Notes under the pieces: generated by a model | What the model was told of the DNA's origin: nothing | Seen by the model: the letters and a program-made list of their open reading frames with translations, nothing else | Databases searched by the model: none | NCBI RefSeq assembly: GCF_018350175.1 | Contig: NC_058368.1 | Span: 175,090,001-175,154,000 of the forward strand | Origin: Felis catus | Lineage: Eukaryota | Direction of reading: 5' to 3' | Length of the DNA stretch: 64,000 nt | Position numbers and translations under genes: made by a program | Shown here: positions 24,145-35,820 of the stretch, in pieces | Layout of the letters: each line of letters opens with the position of its first letter | How positions within the stretch are numbered: the stretch's first letter is position 1

Positions 24145-24307
24145 AGCAGGGGAAGGGCAGAGACAGAGGGAGACACAGAATCCGAAGCAGGCTCCAGGCT
24201 CCGAGCTGTCAGCACAGAGCCCGATGTGGGGCTTGAACCCACAAACCACGACATCATGACCTGCACTGAAGTCGGACGCTCCACCAACGGAGCCACCCAG
24301 GGGCCCC
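24080..24307 (-). mobile_element. CanSINE with (GA)n
   Basis: Reverse full-length SINE. Confidence 0.95.
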
Positions 24308-24309
24308 TG

Positions 24310-24390
24310 AATTTCTTTTTTTAATTGAAGTACAGTTGATGCACAATTTTCTATTAGTTTCAGTTGTACGATACTGTGATCTGACAAGCA
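24310..24390 (-). mobile_element. Carnivore L1 3' end fragment
   Basis: TTTTTAATTGAAGTACAGTTGATGCACAAT...ATTAGTTTCAGTTGTAC. Confidence 0.7.
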
Positions 24391-25274
24391 CTTTAACTTT
24401 CTATTCACAAGTTCTGGTCGTTGGTTAGAAATACATGGAATAGAACAGACGCATATATTAGAAAAATCTACACCCAGCAAATCAAATTCGTGATTTGATG
24501 AATATATATTGAAAGGCATTCATCGGAGGTAAAAAGCGAGTTGATTTAGAGTAAACTGTAAGTCAAGAGCATTGCGGAGTGGCCCGCGATGACTGGTGGA
24601 CCATACGTGGAAAATGTTGGACGAGATTTTCTCTGGATTTTTCCCAGCTCTACGATTCCCTGAAGGGACCGGGCAGCCCTGTGCACCGGCTCCAACAGCG
24701 CTCATAACACGGCCCCAAGCTGTTCACCAAACGGTCCGTGTTGTCCAAAACTTTCTCTCTGCACCCCAGGCGAGAACCGCCCTCGGGCCGCGTAGTGGCA
24801 GATCCCTGTGAATGAGAATGGTCCAGGAAGCCTTTTCAAACTCTTTCAGGTCCTGTAGGCATTTATTGAGCACTTGCTGTGTGCCAGCTGACGTGGCAGG
24901 CATCATGTGCTCATGAACTGTCTCTTTTAATCCTGTGGCAACCCTGTGACATTTTAAGTGCACCTTGGTTACCGGGGGTGGGGGAGAGGGGTGTCTTCGG
25001 CCAGGCATGTAGCTACCAAAGCCCATTTAATCCTCAGTGTAGTGAAGATAATGACATCTGCCTTGTGCACCTCACTGGATTAGCATCGGGATTAAAAGAG
25101 ATTGTGTATGTAAAGTATCTTGGAAAATATAAGGTCCTGCACAACGAAAAAGAAAGAAGAAAAAGAACACCAGAAAGTTCTCTGTCTCTGCGTCCTCTGC
25201 TTTCTAACAAAATTCATCCTGTGCCATTAGATTATTGGTGAGGACCTAAGATGTCACTTAAATTGTCACAGGTC

Positions 25275-25485
25275 GGGGCGCCTGGGTGGCACAGTCGGTT
25301 AAGCATCCGACTTCGGCCAGGTCACGATCTCGCGGTCCGTGAGTTCAAGCCCCACGTCGGGCTCTGGGCTGACGGCTCAGAGCCTGGAGCCTGTTTCCGA
25401 TTCTGTGTCTCCCTCTCTCTCTGCCCCTCCCCCGTTCATGCTCTGTCTCTCTCTGTCCCAAAAATAAATAAACGTTGAAAAAGAA
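25275..25485 (+). mobile_element. Young CanSINE (SINEC_Fc)
   Basis: Perfect TSD AAATTGTCACAGGTC at 25260-25274 and 25486-25500. Confidence 0.98.
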
Positions 25486-25579
25486 AAATTGTCACAGGTC
25501 TCATTGCTACATGTGCCAACGCCAACGTGTCACATTCCCGGCTCAGATTTAATCCCTGACACCTTCTGTGACCAATCGG

Positions 25580-25945
25580 TGGGTGGCTAAATTCTGTGCC
25601 CCAGGGTCTGATAAGCCTGAGTTTGAGCTCGAACTCTGTGCCTCAGCGGTGGTGTGTCCTTGGGCAAGCTGCTCGACCCCTCTGGGTTGCTCCCTCCTCT
25701 GTGATAGGTTAGAGGATAATAGAAGTCGTCGGAAAGATGCAAGGAACCGAACTATACAAAGCAGGGGGGAAAAGGGCCGGACTTTCATGACATGTGCAGT
25801 CAAGAGTATCATCTGCTCTGTGAGGTATGATTGTCATTCCCACTTAAGATATGAAGAAACTGAGTCTCAGAGAAGTGAAACCACTCGTTCAGGGCTATAC
25901 AACTAAGAGCAGCAGGGCAGAGATTTGAATCCACTTCTAACTCGT
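25580..25945. mobile_element. Two MIR fragments (+ then -)
   Basis: TGTCCTTGGGCAAGCTGCTC...; reverse ATGAAGAAACTGAGTCTCAGAGAAGTGAA. Confidence 0.7.
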
Positions 25946-26544
25946 GCTTGGTTGCAGTGCACGTGATGTCTCTCCCTGGGAAGGGAGGAGGTGTTCCTAC
26001 AAGAGAGAGAGGAGAGGAAGGTCGTCCTGAGCGGGATCACGTAAAATCGTCTCTTTCTTTCATACAGCGCTTTCGGATTGCGATAGCCTTTTCATTCATT
26101 TTCTCATAAAATGCGGCCACCGCCAAACCTGGATTCTACTTGAGGCTCCTCTTTCTAGAGTCTCCGTTCTTCGGAAAACACCCGGTTTCATAATTTGCAG
26201 ACTGAACATCAGGGCACATCATTTGAGCCCTCATGCATGCATCATCGGACAGCGGATGTCACAGAGTATCTGAAATTAGACTGGCCTGGAAAACTTGTTT
26301 TATTTGGTGTCTGCACAGAGGTATTTCATCTGCTTGTAAACGTCCCCACCCAGGTCCCCGTGAGCCCCCCAGTGGGTTCTCAGCTGACCACCTGTGCTGA
26401 TTTGTGATCCCCACTGTCCTTCGGGGGTTATAGCCCAGACTGGTGCCCAGGGCACCTGCTGGGGGACACGGCTGAGAGGTGAGGCGGCAAGGACAGGGGG
26501 TGAGACCTGATGCATGAAGCTGTGCACACGCGGGTCACAGGCGT

Positions 26545-26750
26545 GTGCCTCAACACCTCCACAAAAACCTGGGCTTGAATCCTGGGCCACCGCTCACCAG
26601 CTGGTTCTGGTCCACTCAAGTTTTTCTGAGCCAAGTTTCTTTACCAGTAAGATCGTCTTTATCTGCTGTGAAGATAAAAAGAGATAATCCATGTAAAAAA
26701 AAATTTTTAGCCTACTTAGCTAATGGGAATAGTAACAGCTCAATACTGGT
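26545..26750 (+). mobile_element. MIR
   Basis: CCTGGGCTTGAATCCTGG...TCTGAGCCAAGTTTC...GTGAAGATAAAAAGAGATAATCCATGTAAA. Confidence 0.7.
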
Positions 26751-27200
26751 AACACTTATCACTTGAGCTTCCCCCCAGGTGGGGAAACAGCCTGAAGTCC
26801 AGTCAGATCGTGTCTGTGGTTATTTCCTGGACTCTTGGAATTTTCCTGACGCCTACACAAATTCCTGCCGCAGTGAAACCTGCAAATGGCCATCTGCGCG
26901 GGTCCCCACGGGATTTTTCCCGGTGATTGCTACCTCATTTTCTTGTTTTCAAGGTACGCAGTACTTTTTTTTCTCCAATTTTTGAACTTGTCTGAACTCA
27001 CAACCAGTTTTAAAATCTCCAGAAAATCTGGTGAACCATCAGCGGCAACTGCGACCGAGCAAACACCATGAAGTTCCCATTTCTGGATCGCTTCCCTCTC
27101 TGAGTTCGTTGGATAGGGGAGCCCGGCGCTCAGAACTCTTGGATTGCTCTGGGGCCTGGAGCCCTTGGTGGACGGAGCCTTCCCGAATGAGCTGGTGCTG

Positions 27201-27218
27201 CAGCGCCCTCTGGTGTCC
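27201..27218 (-). promoter_or_regulatory. Candidate CTCF motif
   Basis: Minus strand reads GGACACCAGAGGGCGCTG, one mismatch to core CCACCAGAGGGCGC. Confidence 0.5.
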
Positions 27219-28052
27219 AGTCGGCTTCTGCCGGGCTGTGCAAGCGGATGCGTGAAGTCAGCAAGGAGGATTGAACATCAGCCCCCATCTTCTTCCCTCC
27301 AAACGGAGGAAGCGGTAGGCGGTGTGGGAGATCTCACACCTGTCTCATACAAAACAGTGGGGGGATCATAAGACCCCCCATGAGCCAATAAATCAGCAAC
27401 CACAACCTGGCATAACAGAAGGGTCCAGGGGACCCCCAGATTTCTTTCAGCTCTTTCTTTACTGAAGCCAAGCCTGGTTCTTCTTTGTGGAGAAGCCTGG
27501 GCACCAGGGTCTCTGGTCTGCCCTGTGCCTGCCAGGGGTGGGGAAAGTAGGAATGCCGAGTCCAGAGAGGCACCATTTAAGAGAAGAGAAGGGAAACGGG
27601 GGGTCATTTCCAGGACCCCAGTACTGCCCCATGCCCATTCCTGCACCTTGACCTCCAGCTGTTTGACTGCAGCTGACCCCAGTCATGCAGGTTCTACTTT
27701 TGCTTCAAGGGCCAGGATTGGGCATCCAGCCCCTGACATTGGTTCAGACTCTCTTTCCTGAATTTGCTAGTCGGGTCTCATAACTTCTGACCACCCCCCC
27801 CCCCCATCCAGGCTGGAATGGTAACGAAGGGGTCAGAAGAAAATGGTAAAGGACCTCCAGCTTCAGCCATTCCAACAGAGCCAACCCCACACTATGCCCA
27901 GCAAATTTTGCCAGCAAGATCATAAACAGTCGGCATTTAGAATATGGCACCGTATGCTTTCGACAGGTTACCTGTTGTCTCTTTGGGCTGACTATACAAG
28001 AAAGACCCCCGAACCTGAACAGTGTCTCTAGAATATTACCCATGTTTTAAGG

Positions 28053-28246
28053 CAATGGTTCTCAAACTGTAGTCTCCTGATTAACAGATTTAGCATCAGC
28101 CAGGAGCTTTCTAGAACTTTCTAGAAATACAAATTCTTGATGGTCCTCCCACTACCGATGCGTCACAAACTTTGGAGATAGGGCCCACCAGTCTGTGTTA
28201 CCTGTAGCCTTCCAGGTAAGTCTGATTGTGTGCAGAAGTCCCATCA
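28053..28246 (+). mobile_element. MER5A hAT-Charlie
   Basis: CAATGGTTCTCAAACTG start; perfect 8-bp TSD TTTTAAGG at 28045-28052 and 28247-28254. Confidence 0.85.
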
Positions 28247-28734
28247 TTTTAAGGGAAAAATGGAAAGGGACCCATTATGAATCATGTACCTTGCTTGACA
28301 CTTTCTTATGTATATTTATGTTGTCCAGTTTGGAATGGTCTGAAGTGATGCTGAGCTTGGAAGCGGAAGATTTCCCAAACAGCTTTCTAAGTATCCTGGA
28401 ATAAAGAGCCACCATTTTGGTTGGAACGAGTCCCCAGAATTTGCGACACACATCATCTTTAAACATGAAGACGTACCAAGTAAACTGTAAAGGAGGCTCT
28501 TGGAGTTGCTGCCATTTTGAATTATGTACACTTGCTTCTGCCCATTTCTGGCCCGTAAAAATTGGACCATACCTGTTTGAGGAAAGTTGTTCTGAGTCTG
28601 CAGCATTTTCCCCTCCAATTTCTCCCTTTTCACCAGATTTGCTGACTTCAGAGGGTCGCTTTAAATAATTTTGACACAACAGAAGTGACAAATACCAAGA
28701 GCTCTAGAAGGGAAGCTGAGCGTGGCGTTCCCCA

Positions 28735-29245
28735 GCTGGAAATATCAGTGGCTCGTCTCTGCTTGGAGGAAAGGTCCAGATGCCTTAGCCTGGTTTTCAA
28801 GGTCTGCACAAGTTGGTCCTTAACCTGCCTCGCTAGGCCTGGTTCCTTACTCCCCCTCACAGGTTTTTCTGTTGAAGTCTAGACAAACCACCCACTGTGC
28901 CCCAAATGCTCTGCCTCTGTTCCATGTCCTTTCTCCTCTGTCCCTCAATTCGTGCCAGCTCCTCTGCCTCCATCAAGGGCCCAGCTCAGAGGCCAATTGT
29001 CTGTGAGCTCTTTTTAATTCCCCCAGGCAGAGTTGGCCCCATTTAACTTCCACCCCATTGAAGGCATTGAATGCACATACACTGACTTTCAGTTAAGTAT
29101 CATGTTGGGGTATATCATTCTTCATCTGTATCTCTGTCTTTCCCATAAGACTGTGTTCTGCTCTTTAATACCTGGGGCCTTCTGCTATTCGCTATGATCA
29201 GTGCCTGACACATAATAAATGCTCAATAAAATTTTGTGAATGAGC
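28735..29245 (+). mobile_element. L2 3' part
   Basis: CCTTAGCCTGGTTTTCAAGG...CAGTGCCTGACACATAATAAATGCTCAATAAA...TGAATGA. Confidence 0.8.
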
Positions 29246-30245
29246 AAGGAGCCCAAAGTAAGGAGAGACTCCGAAAGTGTTTAATGGCAGAGTTTACCAT
29301 CAGGGCAAGTTATCTGCCATCACCACCGCCACCAGCAGCCCCCAGTTGGAGACGTCCCAGCTGGAGGAAAGCCCTCCACACTGGGCGCACATCACCACTC
29401 CCGTCCCGATACAAACTTTGAGGAGGGGCGTCCCCTCCTTCCTCACTGTGACTGAAGCAGTGCGCATTATGAGAGCTATTACTGATGGGATTCCATTGGC
29501 CTGTGCATGGTGCGAGGGCAGAAAAAAATGTCGAAGACCTTTGTTTTCAGGTTTTGGCTTAGGCTAAAAAGGCACAAGAACGTAAAAGGGAACTCGCGTT
29601 CCTAATAGTCACCAGAAGCTCATTCATGACACGATTCTACTCCCAGCTAGTGCATTTCTCCCGCTAACTTGTGGTTTCACTCAGCATGGTGCTCCCTTGG
29701 CAACGTGAGCGTGACAGAATACCCGCTCCAAGAAAATTGCTTTCGCCAAAATGTGACGGACACATCAGTCCAAATAAAGCTTTCATTTTTAGGGAGTGGT
29801 ATCTCTTCAGGGTTTGTTGAATTTTGCTTTTTTTTTTTTTTTTTCTCCCAAGGCAAGATTTTCTCTTACCACTCGTAGATGGTTGATGACATACCCAAAA
29901 GGCTGACTGCATTTTTAAAACTGGTTCATGTCTGTGGTTGGGATTCCATAAAACGAAAGGCTGATCGGTTTGCGTCTGTAACATGCAGCCTTCATCAGGC
30001 TGTAAAAAGTCAAGTGCCAGCTACTTCTTATATTTTCCAGGAATCAGTCAAAATCCCGAGAGGATTCGGAGACAATGCGGGTCAGCGAAGCGTAACTAGG
30101 CACCCTTTATGACGCACTCGCTTTGTGCCAAGAACTTTCAAAACATGATCTTCTCTGATCAAGTAGCCCGATACGGTCACACAGCTACTAAGTTGTAGAC
30201 GTGGAGTTCTAGGTTGTGCTATTTGATTCTGAAGACATATTTCTT

Positions 30246-30426
30246 TTTTTTTTTTTTTAATTTTTTAAAATATTTATCTATTTATTTATTTTCATATAAT
30301 TTATCGTCAAGTTGGCTAACATACGGTCTACGCAGTGTGCTCTTGGCTTTGGGGGTAGATTCCCATGATTCATCACTTATGTACAACACCCAGGGCTCAT
30401 CCCAACAAGTGCCCTCCTCAATGCCC
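30246..30426 (-). mobile_element. 5'-truncated felid/carnivore L1 3' end
   Basis: Poly-T tail; matches L1 at 62166-62300; TSD GAAGACATATTTCTT/GAAGCCGTATTTCTT. Confidence 0.9.
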
Positions 30427-30669
30427 GAAGCCGTATTTCTTAATCATTATGACGTTGTCCGGTGCAGCCCACAGTAGCTGAACCCTGAACTTGGGAAGGC
30501 CAAGCCAGGGCCCCAGCTCCAGTCTGGCACTGCCGTGTCTTCCAATTTTTCCATAGAAACTGGGAAGCCTGCTTTTGATGGAAAGATACTAAAATGTTGG
30601 TGCTTCGTGGAAAACAATTTTAAACCCCACGCAGGCATATATGAGCCATCGGGTCCGTGGGACCCGTTG

Positions 30670-30800
30670 AGGTCTTTGTTGTGACTCTCAGTTCCGCCCA
30701 CCTACTCAGTCCTTTCTTCCCTCTCTGACAGTATCGACTTCGAGAGCACTTCTCAATAAAATTATGTACTTAATTCTCTATCCCTCAGCCTGTTTTTGTT
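30670..30800 (+). mobile_element. LTR16-like ERVL LTR 3' part
   Basis: GAGAGCACTTCTCAATAAA...ATCCCTCAGCCTGTTT resembles recalled LTR16 R/U5. Confidence 0.5.
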
Positions 30801-30856
30801 TCTGTTTTTTTTTTTTTTTCTTTTTCTGGCACTTGGGCTGTTGTACAAAAGAAGGC

Positions 30857-30888
<32 letters not shown>

Positions 30889-31152
30889 GAAAAGAAAAGA
30901 AAGAAAAAAATCTGAATATCTGAGCATTTTACCCCCAAGAAAGAGATCTAAATTATTGGGTCAGACTGAGTTTACTGGATCAAACAAAATGTATTGCTTA
31001 TCTCTTTTATCAATGGGTATCTCCACTGATATTCAGCAAAGTGAGGTTCACGGGGAAGCTTCAATCAGTCATGGATAAAGAAGCTACAGGCATACGTGCA
31101 TGTGTGTGTAAATGAGCAACCCTTCAAAGCAACCTCTGCTTTGAAGATAGTC

Positions 31153-31175
31153 TTTTTTTTTAATGTTTATTTATT

Positions 31176-31213
<38 letters not shown>

Positions 31214-31375
31214 CACGAGTAGGGGAGGGACAGAGAGGGAGACACAGAATCCGAAGCTGACTCCAGGCCCTGAGCTGTCAGCACAGAGCCCCACGCGGGG
31301 CTCGAACTCACCAACCGTGAGATCATGACCTGAGCGGAAGTCGGACTTTTAACCGACGGAACACCCACGTGCCCC
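31153..31375 (-). mobile_element. CanSINE with (GA)n
   Basis: Reverse full length; degenerate TSD AAGATAGTCT/AAGACTGTCT. Confidence 0.95.
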
Positions 31376-31407
31376 TTAAGACTGTCTCATCTCAAAATGG
31401 CTGTGAG

Positions 31408-31615
31408 CAGCGCTGTGCTAGTAAACATTTGGCAATGGGCCACCTGCAGGGGGGAAAAGTCCCTGATTTGTAGCGTAGCCAACTTCCATGGGGCAGATAC
31501 TCCCACTGTAGCTGATTTCAAAGCTACCTATGTGAGATCGCTGAATGCTGTTTGGGAAGAGGTGCTCACAGTCGGCTCTCTTGAGTAGGAGTGAGTCAGC
31601 TCCGGTACCCCACTG
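31408..31615 (-). mobile_element. MER63A hAT-Blackjack
   Basis: CAG...CTG termini, CCCTGATTTGTAGCG...TTTCAAAGCTACC; 8-bp TSD GCTGTGAG/GTTGTGAA. Confidence 0.8.
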
Positions 31616-31989
31616 GTTGTGAACTCCCTACAAGTGGGCATCAGCTTCCACACTTGGCCGTGTGATACAACTCAATCCAACAGGCGTTTCCTGAGCACCT
31701 GCTATGCTCACGATGGGGTGCTACATCCCAGGAGACAACTCAGAGAAGGCTCGGCTCTACTGAGCAGCTGCGTAGAAGCTTCACAAGGGATTTTGCGGAG
31801 CAAACACCTGCCCTGGGGGAAACTTGGAGAACGCCATTGCCCTTTATCTCCTTTTCTCCTGGGACCTACACATTCCAGAGACGGTTACATCCATGGTTCC
31901 TGGTCCTCCATCCGTGCCTTCTTCATCTTTCACTCATAATATCTGGGTCTTGTAAGCACAAATGCCCGTGGGACAAAGACGAAGCACTT

Positions 31990-32590
31990 TAGCATCTCTG
32001 GATGATGTTATCTCCCTCCAGAGAGGATTGCTATTGCTTCTAGAAGGCAAAGTGGGGGCGAGTCACATCTTCCCATTCAGGGGTTGAGCTTTTGTGAGGC
32101 CGACTTTTAGTCCTTGCGAGACACTATTTTTGTTTGCCCTGACTCCTGGGATATCACCCTCCTGGGATCCCAGCTGAGAGTCCTGGCTATTCACCAAGTC
32201 TCCTCCTTCTTCATGGGTCTTGAGTTCTATTTTTTAATCTCCTCACATCCGTGAGACTCCTAGAGACTCCGCTCAGTACCCCCCTTGCAGGGAAGGGCCA
32301 CCCTCAAATGTTGGGCTCACTTCTCTGTATTTCCTTTGGCTCCTGAGGTCCTGGCTGCCTCGCCAGCCCTGAACGTTACCTTGGCTCTCCGGCCCGTGGG
32401 GCTCCCAAAAGCTCCGCTCAGCCTCTGTCCTCGCGCTCGCCGCCGTCCCCATGGCTCCTCGGACTCCAGGACTGCACGGCTTAGGAACCGGCAGAAGGCT
32501 TGAGCTCTTTGGCTGCCTTCCGAAGCATTTTCCTTCTCTCTGGGAATACAGACCCTCAAGCCCTGGCATCCTTGGTCGTTCTTCATTGGC
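31990..32590 (-). mobile_element. Old L1 (L1MC-type) 5' region
   Basis: GGATGATGTTATCTCCCTCCAGAGAGGATT...CCCAGCTGAGAGTCCTGG...GCTCACTTCTCTGTATTTCC resembles recalled L1MC4a 5'UTR. Confidence 0.6.
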
Positions 32591-32629
32591 ATCCCACAGA
32601 GAGCTTTGCAAGCCCAGCTTTCCTCATAG

Positions 32630-32814
32630 TGGGACAGTTGGTCCGAGATGACCCAGTCCATTACAGCTGGAAGTGGAAGATACAACCCCCGATTTTGAAG
32701 TGTTGGCAACAGACCTAGTTCTCAAAATATATTGTGTGATCCAACTCTTACGAGCCAAACAAAACACATCCTTAGGCCAGTTTTGGCCTGCAGGCTGCCA
32801 ATTTGTGACCTCTG
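32630..32814 (+). mobile_element. MER103C-like hAT-Charlie
   Basis: CCCGATTTTGAAGTGTTGGCAAC...GCCAAACAAAACACATC...GCTGCCAATTTGTGACCTCTG. Confidence 0.75.
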
Positions 32815-33028
32815 GGGTATCGGAATGCAAGCGAGCGAGAGCTACGCTATACGAAGGCCTCCGCTCGGCTGGGCTCTGACTGAGCTTTGTAGGGTAAGTG
32901 GAGTCTGAAGAACGGAGCCCGTCGGGCAACCTTTGGCCGGCCACCAGGGGACAGACACTGAATCTACCTTTTCCTTTTCTCCCCCTGCCTCCCACCCCAA
33001 TTCCCTTCCCCATACCAAATTGGTTTTC

Positions 33029-33180
33029 TTTCTTTAAAAAAAAAAAAGATTTTCACTTATTTAAATTCAAGTTAGATAACATAACAGCATAGTGTTGGTT
33101 TCAGGAGTAGAACCCCGTGATTCATCTCTTGCGTATAACAGCCAGTGCTCCTTCCAACAAGCGCCCTCCTTCATGCCCAT
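33029..33180 (-). mobile_element. 5'-truncated carnivore L1 3' end
   Basis: Matches L1 at 62163-62300; degenerate 20-bp TSD 33009-33028 / 33181-33200 (16/20). Confidence 0.85.
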
Positions 33181-33224
33181 CCAATGCCAAAGTGGTATTC
33201 CGCTCTTGACTTCCTGGAAGGGAA

Positions 33225-33465
33225 ATGTGGTCGCACAAGGTCTGTGGAACAGGCACCGGACCTGGAGTCAGACGGATGTGGGTTTGCAGCCTGACTCTGC
33301 CACCAATTTGTTGCGTAACTTCACGTAAGTCACCCCACCTGCTTGGAGTCTAAGTGTCTCTGGGTGGTATTAATAGTCTCCTCATAGAATTCCAATGTGG
33401 GGATTACACGAGATAGTTATGTGACTCTGCTGGGTGTGTGGCAGATATTCAATACGTGGCGTTTT
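33225..33465 (+). mobile_element. MIR
   Basis: CTGGAGTCAGAC...CTGACTCTGCCAC...GTGGGGATTACACGAGATAG. Confidence 0.75.
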
Positions 33466-34749
33466 GAAAACAGGTCCCACCTCCCCGGGAATCCTCCTCT
33501 CCTTGGCCTTTTTTTCCTCTTGCCCCTGTTCAGACCTGCAGTTCCTTTGATCTGCTGTGGTTTCAACCCCAGGTCCTTTGGTCTTTCCAAACGGAGACAG
33601 AGAGGCAGCCCTTGTTTATTCCCCACACTTATTCATTGTAATATATCCACCGTCGGAGTCAGCAAGCTCCGGCCTACAGGCCATCAGAGCAGCAAAACTC
33701 CACCCTGGGCTGCGAGACTTATTTCTGGGAAGACTCCAGGTTCGGGGTGGGGGAGGGGTGTGGGGGAGGGAACGTTTATGAGTTAATTCCACACAATTTT
33801 TTTTTTTTTAATAAAGAGGAAATGATAGAGTCATCCAGTGTCACTCCGGACTCATGAGTTTTCTCAACTTTCCCCAACCTCCGAAGAAAGAGAGCATAGT
33901 GATTTGTTAATTGGTGGAGGCTTCTAGATGTCACAAGTGCAAGAAAATACTGGGTGTCAGGCTGCTTCCAATTACGCAATGCTGGCCATATATTTTATTG
34001 TTCTTGCTGTTGTAGTTGTTTTAAACAAACACAACACAGTGAAAGAGATGATAAAGTGTTGAGAAATGCCCCCTCACCGTTTCTTCTGGGGTTCAGCATT
34101 TCCTGAAAGCAAAGAGCTGCAAAATGTTTTAGAAACACTTTCCATCCAACCCCCACTGTTGACTGATCTTGGAAAAGACCGTGAAAGTGAATACTCCATG
34201 TGCCTCAAAGACCAAGCAGGGCTGAAAGAAGCCAGCCAGAATATGGAGAAACAGTGGGCAGAGGAGAGAGGAAGAAGCACGTTCAGGACCAGGAACTTGC
34301 CTAATTCAAGGGCACTGGGTGATCTCGGAGGGCTTCCTTTGGCCCGTGTAACTCTAATCCAAAGCTCTAGATTATGATTCCAAACGGTGCTTAAAGGCAA
34401 AAACAAAAAAGGAAAAAAGAATCAAAGATCCTTTTGAAAGCCTCTTTGTTAGTTTTCATTACCTTTGGAGAACAGCTTGTTAGTTTGGTAGAAGGTGAGC
34501 CTTCTCTTTGCCAGGTACTGTTAAAAAAAGCTCACCGAATGCCCACGAAAGCCCCGGGAAGTCAGCATGACTTTGTCCTATCTGGTGGCCGCAGTGCCGG
34601 AATTCAAACCCGGGTCTTTCCCTTGCTCCCGCCGCAGTTTCTGCCCGGCTGGAAGAAAACCATCCTTCAAAAAGGCGCTTCGTGCGAGGGCGTCCGGATC
34701 CAAAAGTTCACACGTAGCTATGCGTGCACATTCTCTGTGAGCTTTCATC

Positions 34750-35665
34750 GGGGAGAATTATATAATAATATCGTATGGTTTTGCAAGAAGTTCACCAGGG
34801 CTGTTTCAAAGGCTGTCAGCCAAGACACTGTTCAGACAGGGAGGCGTCAGAGTTGCCACTACAAAGTGGATGTTAATTACCTAAAACAATGTGTGTAATA
34901 GGCAAAGAAAAAACAGGACCTCTCTCTCAGCCCCAACCACTCATCTATTACAGCGCCAACTGCACAGTTATTTAGCCCGGAGGAGTCATAATTAACCGGT
35001 TTGCAAATTAATAAGACCTTAAAAAAAAAAAAAAAAAAAAAAAAGGAAAAAGGCTACAAGGGGAAAAGAATGGTGGGAAACTTTATATCTCTGATTCTCC
35101 AGGAATATATTTAGCCTGCAATTACCTCATTAAGTGTCCAAACTTCCCTTAATATATGCTGTATGCATTCTGCCCGACGGGGGAGGCTGGGCATAGCCCG
35201 GACCCGGAGGGGCAAGCGGCAAGGAAGAGGAGACCCGGAAGGGCACCGTATCGGCCTGTTTCTATCTTAAACCCGAATTGCTCGTCTGGTTGAAGTTCGC
35301 GAGCGCTAATAGCCGTGCTTAATTACTCCAGGGAAATTAAAACATACCCAGGTGAACCAAGTGCTATATCGCGCTGGTTCTTAAAAAGCCGGGGACGGGG
35401 CGTGACTGGGTCCCGGTAACAATGGATAATGCCAAACCTAGGACGCTGTAATTAGCTCTTTAATCCTATTGGCCTTTAATAACCAAATGGACTGAATGAA
35501 TGGGTAGTTGGTTTTGTTTGGTGGACGGTGCTTTCTCTCCCAATAATGCAAACCTGATTCCAGCTGAAGACCTTCCACATGCAGGGTACAGCCATGACTA
35601 CTATTATAATAAATAAACTGCAATGGCCATGAATGCAGCATTCACTGTTTCCGGCATGCAAATTA
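34750..35665. promoter_or_regulatory. Candidate developmental enhancer / conserved non-coding element
   Basis: ~0.9 kb without recognisable interspersed repeat; 4x TAATTA, 2x AACAATG, AACCGGTT, GTGGGAA, ATGCAAAT; ~20 CpG in 35170-35420. Confidence 0.55.
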
Positions 35666-35820
35666 TTCTCACCCCTGTATCAACTTTGCAGAGGGGGGCG
35701 TCATGAGTTCCATATTAGAGATGAGGAATTTGAAGCTCAGAGGGGTTTTGCAGTTTGCTCGGATCGCAAGTGAGGGAGAATTTGAATTTAGGCGACCTGT
35801 CTTCAGAGCCCTTTGCCCCA
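35665..35820 (-). mobile_element. MIR
   Basis: AGATGAGGAATTTGAAGCTCAGAGGGG...GAATTTGAATTTAGG. Confidence 0.7.

Noticed and set aside
27300..28040. Possible LTR or ERVL-internal relic
   Set aside because: Only ATGAGCCAATAAAT is suggestive; family and boundaries cannot be supported
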